Below, piece after piece: positions 1 to 9,177 of a stretch of 47,649 bases of DNA (position 1 is the stretch's first letter; each line of letters starts with the position of its first letter). The notes below the pieces were generated by a model. The model was not told where the DNA came from, searched no databases, and saw only the letters and a program-made list of their open reading frames with translations. A program made the position numbers and the translations under genes. Source of the stretch: a virus (lineage: Duplodnaviria; Caudoviricetes); the IMG/VR virus record IMGVR_UViG_3300012943_000041, positions 1 through 47,649 of that record. One strand, 5' to 3'.

Positions 1-783
1 ATTCTGGATAGACAGCTTGCCGAGGTTGTTGCCGTTCGTTGCTTTAACGGCGAATTCACGAACGCTTTCAGCCAGTGAGCCGGCGGCGTTATAGTCGTAA
101 GTGAACCGGAAGCGATGCGCTGTGGAACCGGTTGAGTAACGGTAGATGTTACTTTGGATCGTTGTCGAGCCGGCAATGTAGATGTCCCTGCCGCCGGCCC
201 CGGCGTTGTCCAGCACGGAGAGGTGCGGATACCAGACATTGCCTTTGGGGATGACCGTACCGTCCGCCTGGACCGTGTCCCACACCGGCAGTTCTGCCAA
301 GCTGGCATCTTGCCCGGTCGCGCCGAGCGGTGGGGGCGTGCCATCCCAATTCGACGTAAACAGGATGGTGTTGCCGACTTCGAATATCACTGCATCACTG
401 GTCGTGGTCTCGCTACCGCCGGGGCCAGTCGCCGTCTCAATCAACGTGTAAATCACGCCTTCCGTGCCGACATAAGTGTCTGACGGGGCGGTGAACGTAT
501 CGACCGACACGCCATCGCCGAACAGTTCCGCCGACACTGGTGAGCCGTCGTCCCAGAGACCTTGTCCCCAGCCGATCGCGGCAACGGTGCCGGTGATCGT
601 TGGCGGCGTGATGTTGACCGGGACATCCGGCGGCACCGGGGTTCCGCTGCCGCCTCCGAACGCCCCCAGCCAATACCCCTGCCCGAACCGATACCCGATC
701 GGATGCAGCCGCGGGTGTGCCGGGCGCAGGCCCAGCATCACGTCGGCGGCGATGTCGTCGAGGAATCCGATGGGCGGGCTCAT
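1..783 (-). CDS. Fibre/adsorption-like structural protein, 5' part (runs off window start; not in ORF track)
   Basis: ATG at 783 overlaps the o-spanin stop (ATGA); open to base 1; MSPPIGFLDD...GAFGGGSGTPVPPDVPVNITPPTITG..., rich in T/G/S. Confidence 0.7.
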   Translation of the reverse strand, partial: MSPPIGFLDDIAADVMLGLRPAHPRLHPIGYRFGQGYWLGAFGGGSGTPVPPDVPVNITPPTITGTVAAIGWGQGLWDDGSPVSAELFGDGVSVDTFTAPSDTYVGTEGVIYTLIETATGPGGSETTTSDAVIFEVGNTILFTSNWDGTPPPLGATGQDASLAELPVWDTVQADGTVIPKGNVWYPHLSVLDNAGAGGRDIYIAGSTTIQSNIYRYSTGSTAHRFRFTYDYNAAGSLAESVREFAVKATNGNNLGKLSIQN

Positions 784-1085
784 CCGAATATGCCCCGCTT
801 GCGCGTGCCGTTGATCATGGCTTCGCAACCGGACACGATGCCAATGCTATCGACGGTGCGACCGTTAGCCTTCTCAAGCTGTCCCGACTGGCCGATGAAC
901 GCCTTCTGCCAGGCAAGCAATTCCTCGTCCTTGGTGACGGGCGCGGCGAACATCGGAATCGGATAGCCCTCGATGCCAGCCGCCCACGTCGCCGGCACAA
1001 GCTGCGAGCAGCGCGCCTCGGGACTTTTCACGGTGCCGGCGCAACCGGCGAGGAGGATCATGGCCGCGAGGGCGTGACCGCGCAT
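780..1085 (-). CDS. o-spanin (Rz1-like lipoprotein)
   Basis: Signal peptide with lipobox LLAG-C; overlaps the 3' end of the i-spanin gene; in lysis cassette. Confidence 0.75.
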   Translation of the reverse strand: MRGHALAAMILLAGCAGTVKSPEARCSQLVPATWAAGIEGYPIPMFAAPVTKDEELLAWQKAFIGQSGQLEKANGRTVDSIGIVSGCEAMINGTRKRGIFG

Positions 1086-1426
1086 TCCGGCTTCTCCTTG
1101 TAGAGCTTCATCTGGCAAAGGGCGGACATCGCAGCCGCGCGTCGCGCCGCGTCGGTGTCGGCCGCGTCCATCTGGGCGGCGGCACCTTCAACGATCGCGT
1201 CAACGTCGCTTTCTGCCCCGCCACGCGCGACGACCGTGTTGACGGCATCCGCGGCGCTATCGGCAAAGGCCTCGCTCTCCTTGCCGCTCTGGCGGGCCGT
1301 GGCGGTCTTTTGCCGGGAGGATGTGCAGGAATGGATGGTGATGAAGACGATGCCGATCAGGAGGAGGATCATGATCAGCCTGCCGATGGTGGACGCGAGG
1401 AAGGCGGCGATGCTGGGCGGGATCAT
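1058..1426 (-). CDS. i-spanin (Rz-like)
   Basis: N-terminal TM helix, Ala-rich helical region, C-terminal Cys; start MIPPSIAAF coupled by ATGA. Confidence 0.7.
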   Translation of the reverse strand: MIPPSIAAFLASTIGRLIMILLLIGIVFITIHSCTSSRQKTATARQSGKESEAFADSAADAVNTVVARGGAESDVDAIVEGAAAQMDAADTDAARRAAAMSALCQMKLYKEKPECAVTPSRP

Positions 1427-1773
1427 GGTTGCTCCTCCGCCTGCGCCGTCTCGCCCAGCTTCAGGATGGCGTCGGGAGGAGCGTCGGCGCGACCATGCGC
1501 CGCGGCGATCGCGTCGAACGCCTTGGAGGTGTTCTCCGTCTTGGCCTCGTCGCTCTTGTTGGCGGCGAAGTGGAAGGCGAGGATCATGTTGAGCAGGCCG
1601 GTTAGGGCTACGGCCTGAATGATGACCTTGAAGACTTCGACATCCCACAATGCGGGATTCGTCTTCGCCATCTGGAGCATGAACAGCACGAGGCCGAACA
1701 TGCCGATCGTCACCCACTGGCGCTCACTCGGCCAGCCGGGCCCGCGATCGAGCAAGCGGTTCAGCCAGATCAC
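1423..1773 (-). CDS. Holin-like membrane protein
   Basis: Two hydrophobic segments; GTG start overlaps the endolysin stop. Confidence 0.55.
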   Translation of the reverse strand: MIWLNRLLDRGPGWPSERQWVTIGMFGLVLFMLQMAKTNPALWDVEVFKVIIQAVALTGLLNMILAFHFAANKSDEAKTENTSKAFDAIAAAHGRADAPPDAILKLGETAQAEEQP

Positions 1774-2522
1774 GACGCCCACTCCGCCCACCAGGGCGTG
1801 CCAGGCAGGAACGATGCCGTGCGATTTTTCCACCCCTTCAGGAAGATGCGATCCGGGTCTTTCGGCCCCTCGTTGGTCGCGATCTGGGTGTAGAAGGCAT
1901 CGCGCACCGCACCCCAGCGCCGGGCGGCGTCCTCCTCGCTGATCGACTTCCGCCACGTCAAGTAGAAGCCAACCGATACCGGCCCCAGCACGCCATCATC
2001 GGGCGCGCCGATCATTCGCTGGAATAGCTTGATCGCCTGCCTCGGTCCCGTACCCCAGCCCATATCGATCAGCGAAAGGACAACGCGATCGACCGGCAGC
2101 AAATCGAATTGCGGATCGTCGTAGAACAGTTTCACACCGACGCGTACCGCCTCGTCCAGCGTGAGGCTGCGCATGTCATCGGCCGTGATGCTGGACGCTT
2201 TCACGCCCCGGAATGCCGCCAGCGTCGCCGCGGTCACTCCGTACATGGAGCCGACGAGGTTCCCGACATTGCGCTTGCCGCCGGTCCAGTTCCCGCTGTC
2301 CTGAGGGCGCATAGACAGCTTGCCCTCGTGGGTGCGGATGTAGCCGGCGATGAAGTCGGCGACCGTGCGCGCGCTCCTGGGAACGCCGGACAGGGGAGAG
2401 ATTCCGCCGTTCGGCTTGGCCGCCTCGTCGAGCACGCGGTTGACCGCCACGACATCCGAGTCGGTGAGCGGCGCGCCCTTGATGCGGCGGATGACGTCGA
2501 AGAGATGCTTGGCGTCGATCAT
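1770..2522 (-). CDS. Endolysin, glycoside hydrolase family 108 with C-terminal peptidoglycan-binding region
   Basis: HEG...DSGNWTGG...GSMYGVT motif; FQRMIGAPDDGVLGP and FLKGWKNR. Confidence 0.85.
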   Translation of the reverse strand: MIDAKHLFDVIRRIKGAPLTDSDVVAVNRVLDEAAKPNGGISPLSGVPRSARTVADFIAGYIRTHEGKLSMRPQDSGNWTGGKRNVGNLVGSMYGVTAATLAAFRGVKASSITADDMRSLTLDEAVRVGVKLFYDDPQFDLLPVDRVVLSLIDMGWGTGPRQAIKLFQRMIGAPDDGVLGPVSVGFYLTWRKSISEEDAARRWGAVRDAFYTQIATNEGPKDPDRIFLKGWKNRTASFLPGTPWWAEWAS

Positions 2523-2929
2523 CCCTGCCCTCCCGTCATGGCCGCAGCCTTCTCGACGGCCTCGGCCTGCCGCTGCTCCCCGCGCTGTTTCCGAATGCTC
2601 GCCGCGATCTCGCCGGCTTTTTCGGGCATCGCCTCGACCATCATCAGGAAGCCATCAAAGGCGGAATCCACGTTCGCCATCTGGTGGCGCAGCACCCTCA
2701 GCTCGCGGTCGCACTTGTCCCGCTCGCGGACCTGCTGCTCTTCGAGGATCAATATCCGCGCGTTCTGCTGGTGGACGAGGCTCAGCGCCACATCGTCTGT
2801 CTGCTTGCGGCTTCCGCGCTTGTAGTCGAGCCACGTCTTCAGCAAGCCGCCCACCCCGGCGCTCCCTATGATTGTCAGGATGATGGAGATGATGGCAGGC
2901 CATGCGCCGACGAAGCCGCTGGCGCTCAT
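2519..2929 (-). CDS. Holin/antiholin-like single-TM coiled-coil protein
   Basis: N-terminal TM helix; directly upstream of the endolysin. Confidence 0.5.
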   Translation of the reverse strand: MSASGFVGAWPAIISIILTIIGSAGVGGLLKTWLDYKRGSRKQTDDVALSLVHQQNARILILEEQQVRERDKCDRELRVLRHQMANVDSAFDGFLMMVEAMPEKAGEIAASIRKQRGEQRQAEAVEKAAAMTGGQG

Positions 2930-2972
2930 CGCATTGCCCCTGGGTTGCCGGGGGATGGCTGGGGATCGCTCA

Positions 2973-4916
2973 TCAGTTGGCCACGTCCGCGCCCATCCGC
3001 GACATCTCGATCGCAGCGGTGCCGTTCCAGTAGAATGAGTAGCTGCGGTTGAATCCGTTCGCTGGCGCGGTCATCGCGGCCGACGCCTTGAAATTGCCGC
3101 CCAACGTGCCGTTCGAAATCGCGCCGCCACTGATATTCTTGATGACCAGCGTGAACACCTGCCCAATCCCGGTCCACTCCGGCGACGAGGCGTCGATCGT
3201 GATCGTGTAGCCGGCATTATCCGTTACTCCGACCTCGATAATCTCATGCTGGCCTGTCGAGAGGCGGCGGCCATCGATGCTGATTGAGGCCCCATAGGTC
3301 GGGCGGGTGATGCCGGCGGTGATGGTCGTGAATAGCGGGCGCTGCGAAAATCCCTGCATCGCGGACCGCACCGTTGACGTCGCATCGCACTCGAACAGCG
3401 CTGTTCCCACGCTCTGATAATAATTCCCGACACATTCGGTCACATGGGAGTTTACGAGGGCCGCGGCATAGTTTTTAGTGCCTCCCAGATTCATCTTGTT
3501 GTTGTTGAACAGAACACTTTCGACATTGGTCAGTTTGAAGAAGCGATAGGCGGCATCGTCGGCGCCGCCGGTGATGTCGCTGTCGATCTCGTTGTCCGAG
3601 AAGTTGAGGCAATTGATCGTCGCGGTGATCGGGCTGTCCGTCGTGTCGATGATGGTCAGCTCGTAGCCATCCTGAATGAAGGTATTGCCCTTCATGATGA
3701 CTTGCTCGATCGTCTCGCCCTTGATGTTCAGGACTGTGACCGGCTGCGTCGACGAGGCGAAGATGCAGCGACCGCCGAACTCGATCGGCGTTACGGAATT
3801 GCCGGTGCCCTGCCCGTCCAGATCGAACAGGATCGGCGCCACCGAGCCGATCCGGCAAGCCCATGCCAGCGAATAGCCCAGCCGGTTGCCGTTGGAGCGC
3901 ACGAACGACCGGGAGAACGACACATGCGCGCCGCCGGGCTGGCAGAACACATTGTCCCAAACGAACGTCTGGCCGCCGGAGTTGATCTCCAGCCAGTCGG
4001 TTGCCAGTCCCTCGTTCCGCACCCCGAACCATGAGAAGGTATAGCCGGTCGCGTTGGCCGTCATCATCGGAAAGGCGCCGCCCTTCCAAACGAGCATGGA
4101 TGCCGCCTCATCCTGGCCGAACTGGCGGAAGCCTTTGACCCCCTCGATCGCCACGCCGCGGGTCGTCAAGGCGATCGTTTCGTCATAGGCATACTCGCCG
4201 ATCCCGAGCCGGATCACCCCGGAGCCAGACGAATGGGCGTAACTCAGGGCCTTGCGGATGGCCGCTGAATTCAAATCGTCCGTCGTTGCGGCAACGTCAG
4301 GATAGTCGACCTGGACCGCGGCCAGATTGGCATAGCGCCCATAAGCGCCGGGGATGATCCATTCGGCGGCGGTGTGCAGGGCGTTGTCGCCGATCGCGCC
4401 GAAGTCATCGAGGGTCAGGCGCTCATCAAACTTCTGCTTGGCGGTTCGGTCCGCTTCCGTCAGATCCGCTGGGAGGAACGCGACCGAGGCGCTGCCGCCG
4501 TCGATATAGTCCTGGAATGCGTCGATGTCGGCCTGAACATTGCTCGGGCCAGTCGTGCCGATCGCGGCGGCGGCGGCCGAGCTTGCCGCGAAAGCGGTTG
4601 TGAACAGGGTTCTTTGCTCAACCGCGCTGCCGCCATCATTGAGGTAGATCGTAACCGTGCCATCGCCATTATCGACGGCAAACGCCTCTCCATCCGTCGT
4701 TGCCGCCAGACCGGCTGAAGTGTCCGCGTAGGTCGGGCCGGCAGCGCTTTCCGCAAGCGATGCGCTGGCCGCAGCGTCGGCGTTCAGCTTGCCGATCGCG
4801 GTGGCGTCGTCGTCGGTTGGGAGGATGCCGAACTGCCCGGTGCGGCGAAGAATATCCGCTTGGCTTTCACCACGCGCGCCGGTGACGTTGATGCGAACCG
4901 AAGGGCTCACGGCCAT
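2973..4916 (-). CDS. Tailspike / beta-helix depolymerase-like receptor-binding protein
   Basis: N-terminal anchor (GPTYADTSAGLAAT); LTLDDFGAIGD pectate-lyase-like start; N/G-rich beta-helix-like body. Confidence 0.75.
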   Translation of the reverse strand: MAVSPSVRINVTGARGESQADILRRTGQFGILPTDDDATAIGKLNADAAASASLAESAAGPTYADTSAGLAATTDGEAFAVDNGDGTVTIYLNDGGSAVEQRTLFTTAFAASSAAAAAIGTTGPSNVQADIDAFQDYIDGGSASVAFLPADLTEADRTAKQKFDERLTLDDFGAIGDNALHTAAEWIIPGAYGRYANLAAVQVDYPDVAATTDDLNSAAIRKALSYAHSSGSGVIRLGIGEYAYDETIALTTRGVAIEGVKGFRQFGQDEAASMLVWKGGAFPMMTANATGYTFSWFGVRNEGLATDWLEINSGGQTFVWDNVFCQPGGAHVSFSRSFVRSNGNRLGYSLAWACRIGSVAPILFDLDGQGTGNSVTPIEFGGRCIFASSTQPVTVLNIKGETIEQVIMKGNTFIQDGYELTIIDTTDSPITATINCLNFSDNEIDSDITGGADDAAYRFFKLTNVESVLFNNNKMNLGGTKNYAAALVNSHVTECVGNYYQSVGTALFECDATSTVRSAMQGFSQRPLFTTITAGITRPTYGASISIDGRRLSTGQHEIIEVGVTDNAGYTITIDASSPEWTGIGQVFTLVIKNISGGAISNGTLGGNFKASAAMTAPANGFNRSYSFYWNGTAAIEMSRMGADVAN

Positions 4917-5260
4917 CAGCTATTCTCCGGGATGAGGAAAATGTGCCCGCGTGCGCAGTCCTTGACGATCCCGTCAGGCGCGGCGTCGCGTAGCTTCCAT
5001 GAAACGGCAACGATCTCGGTCGTCCCAACGACCGACGCGAAATCAACGCCCGCCCACGTCATATCGAACCGGCCGTGCACAGCGTCGTAAAGATCGATCG
5101 TCGCGCTGGCGATCACAGGGCCTGTGCCCGCGGCTAGCTGCGCAACCGCCGTCAACGTGTGGCCTGTCAGGTCAATGTCTGCGCCACCCTGGTCGCGTAG
5201 ATGCCAACCTTCATGGTAGTGACCGTCGCGCGCCAACTCGATGTCGAAGTTACGCGACAT
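4916..5260 (-). CDS. Baseplate/fibre adaptor (BppU-like) protein
   Basis: IDLTGHTL motif; coupled to the tailspike gene. Confidence 0.5.
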   Translation of the reverse strand: MSRNFDIELARDGHYHEGWHLRDQGGADIDLTGHTLTAVAQLAAGTGPVIASATIDLYDAVHGRFDMTWAGVDFASVVGTTEIVAVSWKLRDAAPDGIVKDCARGHIFLIPENS

Positions 5261-5945
5261 CGCTGAAATCCTCGACGAATGTGATGCTCACGGTGCCGTT
5301 GCGGCCGTATGCGATGTCGGGGTCGAGATCCTGACCGGGCACGGCCTTGGCCTGCACAACGGGCCACTCGAAATTGACCGACGTTCCCGACGCGATCGCC
5401 TCGCGGGTCGGCGGGCTGACCTTGCAGACGGCGGACATCTGGGTCGGGCGCGAAAGCACGCGCTCGATCTTGAGTGCGCGCGATCCGATGCTGCACCGCT
5501 CGCCGCCCTGGATCCGCGCGCCCTGGGCAACGGCGATGGTGATCGTCGTGGCGCGCGGGGCGACGGCACCAACGGTGGTCGCAACGATATAGGGCGAGGC
5601 GAACCGGACCTCGGTCGGGAATTGCGAATCGTTGGCGTAGATCGCCGAAGGCCTCGCAAGCCCGTTGCCGGCGAACGGACGCGGCGCGGTGGTGAGCGAC
5701 ACCAGTGGCAGAAGGATCGGCTGCGCGCCTCCGGCCATGTGCGAGACCCACTGGTCCCACAGACGTTGCAGCGCAACGGTGCGTATCGCGATGCCTGAAT
5801 AGGTGACGCGCCAGCGACCGCCGCCGTCGGTCGAAATCACGTCCTCATCGCCGGAGAGCGCGACGCCGCCCGATATCACGTTCTCGACCACGCCAGCCTT
5901 GATCTGGGGCGGGTTGAACCGGTGGGCGGGGAAGATGGCGAGCAT
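5250..5945 (-). CDS. Tail protein, probably distal tail (Dit)-like
   Basis: SGGVALSG...GGRWRVTY pattern and size typical of Dit-like genes. Confidence 0.45.
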   Translation of the reverse strand: MLAIFPAHRFNPPQIKAGVVENVISGGVALSGDEDVISTDGGGRWRVTYSGIAIRTVALQRLWDQWVSHMAGGAQPILLPLVSLTTAPRPFAGNGLARPSAIYANDSQFPTEVRFASPYIVATTVGAVAPRATTITIAVAQGARIQGGERCSIGSRALKIERVLSRPTQMSAVCKVSPPTREAIASGTSVNFEWPVVQAKAVPGQDLDPDIAYGRNGTVSITFVEDFSDVA

Positions 5946-5978
5946 GGCCGCGAAGATGGCGGTGAGGCCCCTCGCCCT

Positions 5979-5990
5979 CTACGGACGCCA
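5979..5990 (-). promoter_or_regulatory. Late promoter motif TGGCGTCCGTAG, copy 1
   Basis: Intergenic; 20 nt to CATCTT; ATG 33 nt after motif; no SD. Confidence 0.75.
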
Positions 5991-5992
5991 GC

Positions 5993-6115
5993 CTATGCGT
6001 CCGGCTCCTCGGGCGGCGGTGGGGGCGGCGCTGGCACCGATTCCCCATCTTCCAACGGGATGAGCTTGCCGTCCTGTCTCACGGCTCCGGCGATGCGCTT
6101 GAATTCTATCGGCAT
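5993..6115 (-). CDS. 40-aa Pro-rich small protein
   Basis: MPIEFKRIAG...APPPPPPEEPDA; starts 1 nt after the tail-tip stop. Confidence 0.5.
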   Translation of the reverse strand: MPIEFKRIAGAVRQDGKLIPLEDGESVPAPPPPPPEEPDA

Positions 6116-6116
6116 A

Positions 6117-8243
6117 TCAGGTCACCACCGCACTGTCGGGGCCGGCGGGAGCGCTCGCGATGTCCGCGGCGTTGTAAGCGACCACCCAATAATACTTCGT
6201 CCCGGCTGTAAGCCCGGTGTCCGTAATCGACATGACCTCGCCCAGCCCGCCAACGATCTCGCCCGAGATATCGGTCGCGGTGCCGAACGTGGCGGTCGTG
6301 TTGCGGAACACCTTGAGATAGCTGAGATTCGAAGACGAAGGGTTGCGCCATGTGATGTCAGCCTCGCCTACGCCGCCGTCGGCCGAGACCTCGGTCGGCG
6401 GCGAAGGTGCCAGCCCTGCCGTCGAGGTGTCGACGGTCTCGGTCAGCGACCACGGCGACAGGCGGCCATCGCCGATCTGATAGGCGGCCTCCACCTCGAC
6501 CAGCGCATTAACGGCAACGAAGCCGGTGACGATCTGCACCGCAGCGCCCGGCGCTGCGTCCGAATAGATGGCATCCGCTCCCCACACCGCCGCACCCTGA
6601 ACCCGCCAGTGGACGAACCATGTCAGGTCGTCGCGATCGGGCGCGGCGATGTCGAGAACGATACGCACACCGGCCGTGCCGTCGCCGCTGTCCTCGGCGA
6701 GTGTCGCGGTCGCGTCGTCAATTACCGGGGCGGCGAGAGGGGTCGGGCTCGGCTGCGTGCCGACGGGCGCGGGGTCTCCCTCCTCGGTCGCCGGGTTCCA
6801 TTCGTCGATATTCGGATCGGCGGCAATCCATGAGAACGCGACACCTCCCGTCGAGAGCCGCCGGAGTTGGGTGATCTCCGCCGGCCCCGAATAGAAGACG
6901 GCGCCCGCTTCCTCGATATGGACCGGGATGAAACGCTTGCCCCGGATCTTGCGGCCCTTGCGGTTGGTGGTGATCATTCCGCGATGTGGCGCCATCGTCT
7001 TGGCGATGAGGCGCTTCGTCAGCCGTCGGGCCTGAGCATGGCTCGGCACGCTGTTTTCCAAGGTCGTCGGCTTGACCTCTCCGGCCGCCGAAATGGCCGC
7101 CTCGTCGCGCCACGCGGTGGCATCCACTACGGTATAGTCATGGTCGGCCGAAATGTAGGAAATGGCGATCTCGTTGACGGCATCCTCATCAACGACACCT
7201 TCGTCCCATGAGAAGCTGACGATCTCGTCGGGCCCGATCATGTCAGCCGGGTCCGGCTCTACGTAGCGCCCCGAATAGGCCATCAGGGCGCCATCGCCGC
7301 GCGGGGCCACGAACCCGTCGCTGCACGCCAGCAGGTTGCCGAGCGTCACCTTGTGCGGGTCGGTATGCTTGTGGGCGACGCAGGACCGATAGCGCGGCTC
7401 CGTCCCTCCCGCCTTCAATGGCATGGCAACATCACAATCGTCGGCGAACGCGGTCCAGTAATCGAGCGTCGGAGCGAAGTGGGTGTCCCAATCCTTGCCG
7501 TACCGCACGAGATAATAGTGAGCGATGTGAAGCGCATTATTCTCGCTCCACACCCAGGTATCGGTATCATTGACGTCCTGCGCCGGGTCGCGCCAGTCGA
7601 ACACTGGTTGGGCCCTGAGCACCAGCGACAGCGGCGTCTGATCAGGCCCGCCACTGGGGAATATCTTGGAGAAGTTCTTGGCCTTGACCGGCCTGGTCAC
7701 CATGCATCCGGTGGCGATACCGTCGCCGCGATGGTCCTCGGTCCAGATGCCCGGAAGTTGGGCGATGACCTCGTCGAACGCCGTCTCTGTCGACAGCCCG
7801 AGGCGCGTGCCGATCTGGATCACGTCGCTGCCGTAGGCGCCGTCGGCGTCCTCCTGAACGAAACCGCCGACAAGCGTCACCTGCTTGTCCAGCAAATAAT
7901 GGCGTTCGATGCCGTCGATCTTGCCGTCGTGGAATGCCCAGACGTCGACGGCGCGCCCGGCCTCGCTGGTGGTGAACAGTGAATAAGCGCCGTACAGCCG
8001 GACGCGACCATAAGCCGACACGCGCGGCGGCAGGGCCATCTTGATCGCCCGCTCCTGCTGTTCGGGCTTGGGCCCCTTGGGCTTGTAGAGCGTGGCGAGA
8101 GCAATTGCCGCGACGGCGGCCGCGGCTTGACCGGGCGGCCCGAGAAATGGGCCGACCACGGCGATGACCTGAAGGGCCGCCTTGGATATCCCCTTGTCGA
8201 TGATGGAGATCGGCGAAACGATCGCGCGGGCAACGCCTCCCAT
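6117..8243 (-). CDS. Tail tip / central fibre (host specificity J-like) with C-terminal FN3-like domain
   Basis: YGRVRLYG motif; C-terminal ITW...KVFR...YYWVVAYN; TGATG coupling at 8243. Confidence 0.8.
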   Translation of the reverse strand: MGGVARAIVSPISIIDKGISKAALQVIAVVGPFLGPPGQAAAAVAAIALATLYKPKGPKPEQQERAIKMALPPRVSAYGRVRLYGAYSLFTTSEAGRAVDVWAFHDGKIDGIERHYLLDKQVTLVGGFVQEDADGAYGSDVIQIGTRLGLSTETAFDEVIAQLPGIWTEDHRGDGIATGCMVTRPVKAKNFSKIFPSGGPDQTPLSLVLRAQPVFDWRDPAQDVNDTDTWVWSENNALHIAHYYLVRYGKDWDTHFAPTLDYWTAFADDCDVAMPLKAGGTEPRYRSCVAHKHTDPHKVTLGNLLACSDGFVAPRGDGALMAYSGRYVEPDPADMIGPDEIVSFSWDEGVVDEDAVNEIAISYISADHDYTVVDATAWRDEAAISAAGEVKPTTLENSVPSHAQARRLTKRLIAKTMAPHRGMITTNRKGRKIRGKRFIPVHIEEAGAVFYSGPAEITQLRRLSTGGVAFSWIAADPNIDEWNPATEEGDPAPVGTQPSPTPLAAPVIDDATATLAEDSGDGTAGVRIVLDIAAPDRDDLTWFVHWRVQGAAVWGADAIYSDAAPGAAVQIVTGFVAVNALVEVEAAYQIGDGRLSPWSLTETVDTSTAGLAPSPPTEVSADGGVGEADITWRNPSSSNLSYLKVFRNTTATFGTATDISGEIVGGLGEVMSITDTGLTAGTKYYWVVAYNAADIASAPAGPDSAVVT

Positions 8244-8632
8244 CAGACCCTCCATATCCGCTGCGGCGCGCCGATCCCGAAGACGAGGCCGGTGAAATGG
8301 AGGCAGCCCCACTTGTCGCCGGTCCAGATCCCGCACGCCTCGCCAAGCCGGTCCTCGGTGGGGATCGACAGCACGGCGACGTCACCGGCCCGCGGCGTGC
8401 CGACCTCCATGCAACCGGCATCGCCCATCCCGCGCGACCAAAGTTCAGCCAGCCCGCCGCCGCGCCGAATCGCCCGGATCGCGCCGAGTTCGGTGGCATA
8501 GCGACCGCGGATGAAGCCCATCGGGTCGGCGTGACCGCTCGCGATCACCCACGCCGCGACCCAGGTGCAGCAATCGAATGTGCCCCAGTTCCATGCCGGC
8601 CGCGGGGCCTTCAGATATTCGCCGAGCGTCAT
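8243..8632 (-). CDS. NlpC/P60-like tail-associated protein
   Basis: WGTFDCC motif and GDVAV. Confidence 0.7.
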   Translation of the reverse strand: MTLGEYLKAPRPAWNWGTFDCCTWVAAWVIASGHADPMGFIRGRYATELGAIRAIRRGGGLAELWSRGMGDAGCMEVGTPRAGDVAVLSIPTEDRLGEACGIWTGDKWGCLHFTGLVFGIGAPQRIWRV

Positions 8633-9177
8633 TTTGGGCCGAACCTGCGGCTCGTGCCCTGCGCGATCCCTGCGATGTGGCTGAAGAAGGCGTCTGTCGG
8701 CGAGCGGCGGCGCTGGTCCTGATCTGTGAAGTAGGCCTGCGGCGATCGCGAGCGGTTGGTGTCCTCCGTGCCGATCGACAGCGTGATCGTGCGCGCGCGG
8801 CCCTTGTCGTCCGGCGAGCTGCCGACGCTGAGCTTGTCGGCCCGGAACACGGCCTCATACTCGACGCCATCGAGTTGCCAGTCGGCGTCGAAGTCGAACC
8901 GCACGAAATGCACCCGCGCACCGCGAACCGATGCCGCCTCCTCGAGCGCGAGCCGCATGGCTTCGGCGCTGACACCGGAAAGCTGGACCTCGATGCGCTC
9001 GGCCGCGCCATTGATCAGTTGCTCGAAGTCCGGCGCGTTGATCAGATCGCCGGCGCCGAGATAGGTCGCGGGGACGCTCTCTATAATATCCGCGGGGATC
9101 ACGAGATTGACGTGGCCGCTCCACAGCCGGGCGACCGGATCGGCCTCGATGCGGATTCCGAAGCTCTCGCGCGCCAT
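8629..9177 (-). CDS. Tail hub/minor tail protein
   Basis: Follows tape measure; TDQDQRRRSPTDAFF motif. Confidence 0.6.
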   Translation of the reverse strand: MARESFGIRIEADPVARLWSGHVNLVIPADIIESVPATYLGAGDLINAPDFEQLINGAAERIEVQLSGVSAEAMRLALEEAASVRGARVHFVRFDFDADWQLDGVEYEAVFRADKLSVGSSPDDKGRARTITLSIGTEDTNRSRSPQAYFTDQDQRRRSPTDAFFSHIAGIAQGTSRRFGPK

